Assembly (NCBI GenBank): GCA_944377465.1
Contig: CALWFA010000003.1
Span: forward strand, 1 to 32,867
Direction: 5' to 3'
DNA from: an uncultured Clostridia bacterium
GTDB lineage: Bacteria > Bacillota > Clostridia > Christensenellales > UBA1242
Length of the DNA: 32,867 bases
Shown here: positions 10,419 through 17,534 of the stretch, piece after piece
Layout of the letters: every line of letters starts with the position of its first letter
Numbering within the stretch: position 1 is the stretch's first letter
Position numbers and translations under genes: made by a program
The notes under the pieces: generated by a model
The model's input: the letters and a program-made list of their open reading frames with translations, nothing else
What the model was told of the DNA's origin: nothing
The model's database searches: none

Positions 10419-12101
10419 CTACTCCACTGTGACACTTTTTGCTAGATTTTTTGGCATGTCTGGATTGTATCCTTTTGATATAGCGATCTCATAGCTGAGT
10501 ATTTGAAATGGAATTATTGAAAAGATAGGTTTATAATATTCATCAATACTTTTATCTATTCTATATAGCTTATCTATAAAAATCACACTTCCCCCACGCG
10601 ATTCTATTTCATTTTTGACGACTTCTAATTTGTCTATATCGTCAGAAGTATTTAACGCCAAAATATTACTATTTTCATCTATTAGCGACAAAGTTCCATG
10701 CTTTAGTTCGCCCGAATACATTGGTATGGTATAGATGTAGTCAATCTCTCTAATCTTTAGGCTAGCCTCCAGTAATGAGATATAGTCAATATCCCTACCT
10801 ATCAATATCATTTTGTCTGATGATTGTAATTTCTCTACTAGTGAAGTGACTTTGATATTAGTCATATAATCATTAAGTATTTTAGTAAATTGACAAATAT
10901 TAATATCATAGTTTTTATCTTTAAGCACATGACATATATAGGCAAAAACAAATAGCTGACAACAATAAGTCTTTGTACTAGCGACCGCTAGCTCCTTATT
11001 TGCCTTTGTAAGTATTAAGTAATCAGCCATGCGTGCAATAGTGCTGGTAGGTTCGTTCGTGATTAACAATAATTTGCCATGGCAGGCTCTAATCTTCTCC
11101 GCCACCTTAATGCAATCTGCTGTCTCTCCACTCTGACTCACTATTATATGCAGATGATGCCTTGAAATACTTTTATTAAGTTCGTAATTAGATGCCAGTT
11201 CACTATTTGCCTCGTATTTCAGCTTTTCTCTAAAGAGTCTCTCACCGACTAGACATGAATGATATGCCGTACCGCAACCGATAAATGTAAATTTATTGTA
11301 ATGTTTGAATATCTTTCTTATCTTTTGATTTTTCAGATAATAATATGTATTTTCGATTGATATCGGTGTCTCATATATCTCTTTTTGCATATAATGCTTA
11401 AACTTGCCTAGGGTGTATGCTTTAATACTATTTTCATGTTTGACAAAATTCATTTGATGATTTGTGATATTTGATATGCTATTTTTAGATATCTTTATGA
11501 TATCATTATCTTGCATTGTATATAGCTCTCCCTGCTTTAGACTGGATATATCACTAGAGATATAAATACCGTCTTCCGCTTGCAATAAATTCAATGGGCT
11601 AAACTTCTTGACTAAATATATATCTCCATTCTTATATCCGATGATCAGCGAATAGCTACCTTCTAGAATATTGAATAACTGCTTTACTCTATTATCTATT
11701 TTACCGGGTAGATAAGCAAGTAAATTCGCTATTACTTCTGTGTCGGTATCCGAGTAAAAAGCTATGTCTTGCTTTATAAGACTATCTTTAATACTATCTG
11801 CATTCTTGATTATGCCATTATGTACGATAGTAAAAGCTTTGTCAAAAGATACATGAGGGTGAGTATTATTGATATTTACTGCCCCGTTTGTCGCCCAACG
11901 CGTATGCCCAAAAGCAATCTTTGTCTCTTTATCTACTTTTTCTAGATTATCCAATGTGCCTATAGCTTTATTGATTTGAAAGCCATTGCCATAATAAGCA
12001 ATGCCACATGAATCGTAACCTCTATATTGTAATAACTTTAGTCCTTCTAGCACTTTTTCATAAGCATTTAGCTTACCTATATAACCATATATACCACACA
12101 T
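10419..12101 (-). CDS. glmS: Glutamine--fructose-6-phosphate transaminase (isomerizing)
   Basis: N-terminal MCGI (Cys1 nucleophile), YRGYDS, HTRWAT, HNGII, TDTE, SQSGETAD, VASTKTY, GELKHG and C-terminal PKNLAKSVTVE. Confidence 0.95.
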   Translation of the reverse strand: MCGIYGYIGKLNAYEKVLEGLKLLQYRGYDSCGIAYYGNGFQINKAIGTLDNLEKVDKETKIAFGHTRWATNGAVNINNTHPHVSFDKAFTIVHNGIIKNADSIKDSLIKQDIAFYSDTDTEVIANLLAYLPGKIDNRVKQLFNILEGSYSLIIGYKNGDIYLVKKFSPLNLLQAEDGIYISSDISSLKQGELYTMQDNDIIKISKNSISNITNHQMNFVKHENSIKAYTLGKFKHYMQKEIYETPISIENTYYYLKNQKIRKIFKHYNKFTFIGCGTAYHSCLVGERLFREKLKYEANSELASNYELNKSISRHHLHIIVSQSGETADCIKVAEKIRACHGKLLLITNEPTSTIARMADYLILTKANKELAVASTKTYCCQLFVFAYICHVLKDKNYDINICQFTKILNDYMTNIKVTSLVEKLQSSDKMILIGRDIDYISLLEASLKIREIDYIYTIPMYSGELKHGTLSLIDENSNILALNTSDDIDKLEVVKNEIESRGGSVIFIDKLYRIDKSIDEYYKPIFSIIPFQILSYEIAISKGYNPDMPKNLAKSVTVE

Positions 12102-12102
12102 A

Positions 12103-12774
12103 TCATCTCCTTGTTAATCTCATTAATTTTAGACTATACTTTAGGCTTTGTTTTGATAAAATATATTCTACATTACATTCATCTTGCTGTGGTGAGTATA
12201 TAATATTGTTAAGTATGTACTTGCTGTTATTTATAATCTGCGTATTAGGACAATATTTCTCAAAGATCTCCGCCACCAGCTCGTAATGTGTACAGCCAAG
12301 CACGAGGGATTCTAGACTATCCAGTTTATTTTTCTTTATGTGCTTTTTGATAATCTTTTCCAATTTCTCTCTATTGAATATATTGTTTTCAATATTTCGG
12401 GCTAAAGTAGAATCGGCTAAGATATCAACACCTTTTAATATCCTTTTCGTAAGTGGAGTCGCTAAATATCTATAAGCTTTACTAAATTTCATACATACTA
12501 CATTATCGATTTTCTCATCCTTTAATATACTAGAGGCTGTATTGCATGCTAAAATAATTACATCTGGATTATATTTGTCTTTTAAAAATTGGATAATATT
12601 CTTGACGCGCTGAGCTATAAATTGTTTAGTCTTATTACCATACGGCATATATAGATTGTCAGCGAAATAGATATAGTTACCTGAATGATATCTATCTATT
12701 AATTGATTCAAAACACTAAGCCCACCTATCCCACTATCGATTATGGCAATAGTAGGCTTCAATTTCTGTAACAT
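12103..12774 (-). CDS. murI: Glutamate racemase (compact and divergent)
   Basis: IDSGIGGLSV, YFADNLYMPYGNK, and both catalytic cysteine motifs ACNTAS and LGCTHY. Confidence 0.88.
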   Translation of the reverse strand: MLQKLKPTIAIIDSGIGGLSVLNQLIDRYHSGNYIYFADNLYMPYGNKTKQFIAQRVKNIIQFLKDKYNPDVIILACNTASSILKDEKIDNVVCMKFSKAYRYLATPLTKRILKGVDILADSTLARNIENNIFNREKLEKIIKKHIKKNKLDSLESLVLGCTHYELVAEIFEKYCPNTQIINNSKYILNNIIYSPQQDECNVEYILSKQSLKYSLKLMRLTRR

Positions 12775-12781
12775 ATATAAT

Positions 12782-12810
12782 AATTTATGAATTTAGAAAA
12801 ATATTGTGAA
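12782..12810 (-). promoter_or_regulatory. Putative promoter of murI-glmS (leaderless geometry)
   Basis: TTCACA-17 bp-TAAATT-7 nt-ATG (sigma-A-like). The same bases also read CACA-N15-CATAAATT (sigma-K/E-like). No SD present. Confidence 0.5.
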
Positions 12811-12815
12811 AGGAC

Positions 12816-12844
12816 TTGCATTTTATTTTATTATTTGATATACT
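12816..12844 (+). promoter_or_regulatory. sigma-A promoter of rpsT
   Basis: TTGCAT-17 bp-TATACT with an extended -10 TG. Confidence 0.75.
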
Positions 12845-12866
12845 AACAAGCGAAATGGAGGTTTGC

Positions 12867-13124
12867 ATGGCTAATATTAAATCTGCTAAGAAACGAATTC
12901 TTGTTATCGATAGACAGACTATGGAAAACAAATCTTATAAATCAAAGATCGCTACATACATCAAGAAGTATAAAGCAGCTGTCGATAATAATGAAAGCGA
13001 GAATGCATCTAAACTATTAAGTGAGACTTTCTCATTGATTGATTCTGCAGTTTCAAAGGGTATTTTACAAAAAGCTACCGCGAATAGAAAAAAATCGCGT
13101 CTAAGTCAATACAGCGCAAAATAA
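12867..13124 (+). CDS. rpsT: 30S ribosomal protein S20
   Basis: MANIKSAKKR ... N ... KS ... T ... ID ... KG ... ANRKKSRL pattern. SD GGAGG before ATG 12867, which shortens the ORF-track call. Confidence 0.97.
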   Translation: MANIKSAKKRILVIDRQTMENKSYKSKIATYIKKYKAAVDNNESENASKLLSETFSLIDSAVSKGILQKATANRKKSRLSQYSAK

Positions 13125-13144
13125 TATTATTTTCGGGTAAAAAT

Positions 13145-13170
13145 AAAGCACGGCATAGTCCGTGCTTTTT
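13145..13170. terminator. Bidirectional intrinsic terminator between rpsT and the M48 peptidase gene
   Basis: AAAGCACGG-catagt-CCGTGCTTTTT. Confidence 0.85.
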
Positions 13171-13837
13171 ATATCATCATTATTATTTTTCTATTATCTT
13201 TTAGCCACTGCTCTGCTTCTTTGTAGTTAGGCAAGATAGATGCTACTTGCTTATAGAAGCCTTTACTGTGATTTTTTACCAATGTATGGCTCAATTCATG
13301 TACTATTATATAGTCTATGACAAATTCTGGGCACATAATCAATTTGTATGTAAAGTTCAGTCGATTATAATAGCTACATGAGCCCCACCTCGTATGTGCA
13401 CTGGTGATTCGTATTGATTTATATTTTAGATCGTATTTGCGAGCGTAATATTCTACTCGCCTGCTTATATAGTCGCGTGCCAATCGCGCTAGACTATTAA
13501 CAAGTCGCGTGCGAGTATTTAGTCTCGGTAAATATATTTTATCCTCTATGATCCTTACTCTATTGCTATCTATCAAAACAATTTTAAACGGACGACCGAA
13601 GACAAATATATTTTCACCTTCTTGCAGAGTCAATTTATTGTATTGAGATTGACTCCTTATTTCATCCTTTTTCTTGATTATCCAGTTTGATTTTTTGAGG
13701 ATAAAATCATATATCTTACTATTTGGACAATTCAGAGGTGCTCGCACGATCAACTCAGCATCGTTATTTATAATAAGGCTAATACTCTTTTTCCTTGTAT
13801 AAATGATTTTTTCTGGTATTATCTCTTGATATATCAT
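13169..13837 (-). CDS. YgjP/DUF45-like (M48/SprT-type) zinc metallohydrolase
   Basis: RKKSISL, VRAP, TRWGSCS, IDYIIVHELSH (HExxH) and NHSKGFY. Confidence 0.85.
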   Translation of the reverse strand: MIYQEIIPEKIIYTRKKSISLIINNDAELIVRAPLNCPNSKIYDFILKKSNWIIKKKDEIRSQSQYNKLTLQEGENIFVFGRPFKIVLIDSNRVRIIEDKIYLPRLNTRTRLVNSLARLARDYISRRVEYYARKYDLKYKSIRITSAHTRWGSCSYYNRLNFTYKLIMCPEFVIDYIIVHELSHTLVKNHSKGFYKQVASILPNYKEAEQWLKDNRKIIMMI

Positions 13838-13846
13838 ATTATTTCC

Positions 13847-14767
13847 TTAAAAGATCAGCTCGTACAATGCATTAATGACGGATATCTTGCCCATCTTTAT
13901 CTTTTGGTCAAGGTCTACATATTTCTGATAAAGATTGATGTAATATCGTACGCCATTCTGTGCTATGCACTGACGCGACATTTTTATTGCATATGGTTTA
14001 ATATTTAGAACACTAGCTATTTCATCATCATTTTTGTCTATCGCGATATATTGCATTCGTCTAAAATACCTACCTAAATACGAAAATATATCTCCTGCAG
14101 ACTGAGATTTTATCATTTCATTTAGAATCTTTTGATATTCTTTATAATTTTTCTTGTCAATAGCTGTCGTGAGCATATAAATGACATAATCTTTTGAGTC
14201 TGAGACTAAATTCGTAGCGGTATTTATATCAATCGTATTTATACCTTCGCCGAGACAGTAAGCTGTCAATTTATTGAGCTCTGCATTGATCTTTGCCATA
14301 TCCGCACTCGTAGAATCAATGATATAATCCAATGCCTGCTCGTGTATTGAGAGTTTTGATTTTGCTAGATAATTTAAAACATATTTATTGATATCTATCC
14401 TATCCAGCTTCGTGCAATCTACCAATGTACCGCAATTTGTTTTACTTGGATTAATGAGCACTATGACTGTAGCACTATCAGAAAAGTCATACTTTTTGAT
14501 AAAATTTATTATATCGCTATTTGGATTATCCAAGACCACGAGTCGATAATCATTACTGATAGGTAGAGTCATGATGTTTGCTTCCAGCTCATCCTTCTTC
14601 ATCTTCTCGGCATCTAAACGAGTATAATTAAACTCTTCTAGATCGGATATTGTATATTTTTTAATATTTAATAGAGCTTGTCTAATGAGAAAAATATCAT
14701 CCCCTATCAATGAATATACATGATCAATATTGGTCTTGAGTGCTTTACTTAATTCTATAAACTTCAT
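13847..14767 (-). CDS. holA: DNA polymerase III delta subunit
   Basis: VYSLIGDDIFLI, EFNYTRLD, TLP...RLVV, ELNKL...Y, IKPY and DQKIKMG. Conserved comEC-holA-rpsT synteny. Confidence 0.85.
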   Translation of the reverse strand: MKFIELSKALKTNIDHVYSLIGDDIFLIRQALLNIKKYTISDLEEFNYTRLDAEKMKKDELEANIMTLPISNDYRLVVLDNPNSDIINFIKKYDFSDSATVIVLINPSKTNCGTLVDCTKLDRIDINKYVLNYLAKSKLSIHEQALDYIIDSTSADMAKINAELNKLTAYCLGEGINTIDINTATNLVSDSKDYVIYMLTTAIDKKNYKEYQKILNEMIKSQSAGDIFSYLGRYFRRMQYIAIDKNDDEIASVLNIKPYAIKMSRQCIAQNGVRYYINLYQKYVDLDQKIKMGKISVINALYELIF

Positions 14768-14773
14768 GTGTAT

Positions 14774-14803
14774 ATTATACCATGCATACGACTAATAATG
14801 CAA
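14774..14803 (-). promoter_or_regulatory. Internal sigma-A promoter for holA, embedded in the comEC 3' end
   Basis: TTGCAT-18 bp-TATAAT with extended TG (TGGTATAAT), 6 nt before the holA ATG. Confidence 0.65.
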
Positions 14804-16289
14804 CTAATGGAAGTGACATTATTACTTTTGTGGCTCTGTCAGCTACGCATGACCTACTGATGAGAAGGATAATCACCATATAAATTAAAGTAGTATAATA
14901 TTCGATAGATATGGTAGTAAAGTTTGATATAGGTAATCCGCCCATTACATTTGCTACCACATTTATGAAATCAAAGACATAATTTAGTGGATACAAAACA
15001 TAGGTAATGAAAGGCAATACGAGCGACACGAATGATAATACAAATACTATTATAAAAGCAAAAGTGAATATAGGGATAAGTATGATATTAGCTAATATTG
15101 ATATCAGATTTACATTTTCAAAGAAAAATGCCATGATAAAAATCAGTGATACATTAGTCGCAACGCTCATACCTATGCTCTCAGCTAACCATTTAGGCAT
15201 TTTCATTGACATAAGCGCAGATTTGATAGGTTTAAATAAAATCACTATTCCCACGACACAAGCAAAACTCATCAAAAATCCGGCATCAAATGCAGATAGA
15301 GGATTAACGAGCAGGCATATGATCCCTGCAAAACCAATCGAAGATAGTGCATCGTATTCTCTTCTCACTAATGGAGCGAACAGCAATACTATTGCCATGA
15401 TCGTTGCACGGAGAGCTGATATTGTGAAATTGCACATGTATAGGTAGAGAAACAAAATAATAGTCATTGCCACTAACCTATACCATTTCTTGATACGCAC
15501 TAGATCAAAGAATTTATTTAATATTGCTACGATTATCACTATGTGCATACCGGATACGGCTAAAAGATGCGAGACTCCTGCTAGTTGGAAGTTTAGATTC
15601 TGACTTTCGCTCAGCACATAAGTCTCACCAAACAGCGATGAATATGCTATATCTGCATTTTCGTTTGAGAGACCATTTGTGAGATTTTCTTTTATATTTT
15701 CCTTGATTTGCTCCGCAAAGGTAATATCGGTATCAATATATGTGATATCTTTCGCTAATACTGAAATAGTATATTTTATATTTTTAGAAAATAGATACGA
15801 ATTCGGCACTTCGCTATAAAACAAATCTGATTTATAAAAATTGTATGGAGTAAAAGATATCACACTGCCTATATCTATATCTTGAAACATATTTGTATAG
15901 TCATATATGTATATTGCGATTTTGAAATCGACTTCTTCACCGTCGAACTTACAGCTATCAGCATATACTCTCATTGATCCGTCTTCAATATCTGATACAT
16001 TATATATGCGAGCTATAATAGTGTTTGGCTTTTCATATTCCACTGATTCAAATGAATAGATCGCGACAAAATATAGACCCACTCCTATTACGAACGCCAC
16101 CAATGGAATAAGAAAATATTTCACTTTCTTTTTAAGTATAGCTATAACAATTACAAACAGCAATATGACTATTGATACTATGATAGTCGCTAACATATTG
16201 CCTACAATATAAAAAGAAAATACTGTTCCTAATAGTAGAAACAAGAAGATAAGACATAATGGACGGTAATTGAATATTCTTTTCTTCAT
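14775..16289 (-). CDS. comEC: ComEC/Rec2 family DNA uptake channel, lacking the C-terminal metallo-beta-lactamase domain
   Basis: N-terminal TMs, a soluble OB-like region, then AGVSHLLAVSGMH, SALRATIM, NP...DAGFLMSF and LANIILIP. Lies upstream of holA. Confidence 0.9.
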   Translation of the reverse strand: MKKRIFNYRPLCLIFLFLLLGTVFSFYIVGNMLATIIVSIVILLFVIVIAILKKKVKYFLIPLVAFVIGVGLYFVAIYSFESVEYEKPNTIIARIYNVSDIEDGSMRVYADSCKFDGEEVDFKIAIYIYDYTNMFQDIDIGSVISFTPYNFYKSDLFYSEVPNSYLFSKNIKYTISVLAKDITYIDTDITFAEQIKENIKENLTNGLSNENADIAYSSLFGETYVLSESQNLNFQLAGVSHLLAVSGMHIVIIVAILNKFFDLVRIKKWYRLVAMTIILFLYLYMCNFTISALRATIMAIVLLFAPLVRREYDALSSIGFAGIICLLVNPLSAFDAGFLMSFACVVGIVILFKPIKSALMSMKMPKWLAESIGMSVATNVSLIFIMAFFFENVNLISILANIILIPIFTFAFIIVFVLSFVSLVLPFITYVLYPLNYVFDFINVVANVMGGLPISNFTTISIEYYTTLIYMVIILLISRSCVADRATKVIMSLPLVALLVVCMV

Positions 16290-16321
16290 TTGTGGACAAG
16301 TCTTTTATTGAAATTTTTTTA

Positions 16322-16330
16322 ATTATATCA
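16322..16330 (-). promoter_or_regulatory. Extended -10 promoter upstream of comEC
   Basis: TGATATAAT on the minus strand, 32 nt before the comEC ATG. No good -35 box. Confidence 0.5.
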
Positions 16331-16360
16331 TAAAATTTTAAAGAAATTAACTAAATATAC

Positions 16361-16389
16361 TTGAAAATTAAATAAAAATATGCTAATAT
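16361..16389 (+). promoter_or_regulatory. sigma-A promoter of tRNA-Glu
   Basis: TTGAAA-17 bp-TAATAT with extended TG, 19 nt upstream of the tRNA. Confidence 0.7.
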
Positions 16390-16408
16390 AGGCTTGTCTA
16401 ACGGACAT

Positions 16409-16483
16409 GGCCTTATAGTCTAGAGGTTAGGACGCGGCCCTCTCACGGCTGAGACTGGGGTTCGATTCCCCATAAGGCTACCA
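16409..16483 (+). tRNA. tRNA-Glu (anticodon CTC)
   Basis: Cloverleaf: acceptor GGCCTTA/TAAGGCT, D-arm GTC...GAC, anticodon stem CGGCC/GGCTG with loop CT-CTC-AC (anticodon 16442-16444), T-arm TGGGG-TTCGATT-CCCCA, and an encoded ACCA end. Confidence 0.96.
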
Positions 16484-16513
16484 TAAACACAAAATGTAAT
16501 CTTACATTATAAC

Positions 16514-16554
16514 GACCCGCACAGTAGAAACATAATCAGTGCGGGTCTTTTTTT
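16514..16554 (+). terminator. Intrinsic terminator after tRNA-Glu
   Basis: GACCCGCAC-N16-GTGCGGGTC followed by T7. Confidence 0.8.
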
Positions 16555-16650
16555 CGAATCAAAAGAAGATGTTGAAAATGGGATTGTTTTAGGGTTTAGA
16601 CTTCTAAGTTTTCAAGACAAAAATTCGATTACTATATATTGAAAGTTATC

Positions 16651-16677
16651 AAAAAACGCACTGATTAGTGCGTTTTT
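16651..16677. terminator. Bidirectional terminator at the end of the membrane protein gene
   Basis: AAAAAACGCACT-gatt-AGTGCGTTTTT. Confidence 0.85.
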
Positions 16678-17410
16678 ATGTGTCAGTTTCCTTTTGTACA
16701 TATACATCAATCTTGTTATTAACTGGTGCTTTTTTTGATGACTTTACATAATTTAGCATATCGGGATTATTATTTATGATTTGATTATATTTTCGTTTTT
16801 TCTGTATTCCGTCGATAGTCAGATAGAGACCTATGCCTAGAATGATAGCCCCAACTAAAACTCCTATAGCACAATTATACATAGCCATATTATCACTAGC
16901 AGTAAATGATAAAATAGCGATTTGAGCCAATACAATATTATTAAAAGCGGTGGCAAAATTGGTAAATTTATATTCTTTTACCAGCATCGTCTTTCCTTTT
17001 GCATGCACGATGCCCAATATTGACATCACTATACTATAAGTGGCAAATGCTGCTATAGCTATCGCAATAATAGAATTGTATTGAAAATTTGACGGATAAA
17101 ACATTTGGAATATCGTGTATGTGATATAAAAGACACTTGATACCGACAATACTACCCCGCCACGAATATAGGAATTGATATCTTTTATATTATCTTTGTT
17201 TTTCAATAGACCTCGCGAGCAATTATTCTTCACAAAGCCGATAAATAAGCTATATATAGCGATTGCGATAAGGAACCATGATCTGAATACAATTCCGACT
17301 ATAATTTTGAAAAGGAAATAAAACAAGTTTTTAAAGAAAGACAACTTGCCATAGACTATAATCTTCTTTTCTTCAGGAATACTCCTGAATTTCCTTATCA
17401 AACTCCACAT
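16676..17410 (-). CDS. Uncharacterised integral membrane protein (~6 TM, CDF-transporter-like TM1-TM2 pattern)
   Basis: 244 aa with about six hydrophobic segments. Has its own promoter and terminator. NLFYFLFKIIVGIVFRSWFLIAIAIYS resembles the cation-efflux N-terminus. Confidence 0.75.
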   Translation of the reverse strand: MWSLIRKFRSIPEEKKIIVYGKLSFFKNLFYFLFKIIVGIVFRSWFLIAIAIYSLFIGFVKNNCSRGLLKNKDNIKDINSYIRGGVVLSVSSVFYITYTIFQMFYPSNFQYNSIIAIAIAAFATYSIVMSILGIVHAKGKTMLVKEYKFTNFATAFNNIVLAQIAILSFTASDNMAMYNCAIGVLVGAIILGIGLYLTIDGIQKKRKYNQIINNNPDMLNYVKSSKKAPVNNKIDVYVQKETDT

Positions 17411-17421
17411 ATCGCTATAGT

Positions 17422-17449
17422 ATTATAACATAATTTTCGATGAATACAA
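17422..17449 (-). promoter_or_regulatory. sigma-A promoter of the membrane protein gene
   Basis: TTGTAT-16 bp-TATAAT with extended TG, 11 nt before the ATG. No SD. Confidence 0.65.
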
Positions 17450-17534
17450 TAGTTTTTTTGAAAAATTACGCTATTTATATTATATATGCAGAAAATACAT
17501 TAAAAATTATTAAAATCGCGAATTACTATTTATT

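Noticed and set aside
8928-15447. Shadow ORFs at 8928-9122, 12008-12286, 13826-14008 and 15007-15447
   Set aside because: They are antisense to well-supported genes (PBP, glmS/murI, holA, comEC) and have no independent expression signals.
16291-16299. DnaA-box-like TTGTCCACA immediately before the comEC start
   Set aside because: It is a single box with one mismatch, with no cluster or origin context, and is expected by chance in 33 kb.
16487-16642. Stop-free reading frame of about 51 codons after the tRNA
   Set aside because: It has no canonical start or SD at its 5' end, runs through a terminator, and shows no resemblance to an integrase or other known protein.
16409-17450. Genomic island integrated at tRNA-Glu
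   Set aside because: There is no integrase, no duplicated tRNA 3' end (attR) that I could find, and no obvious compositional shift.
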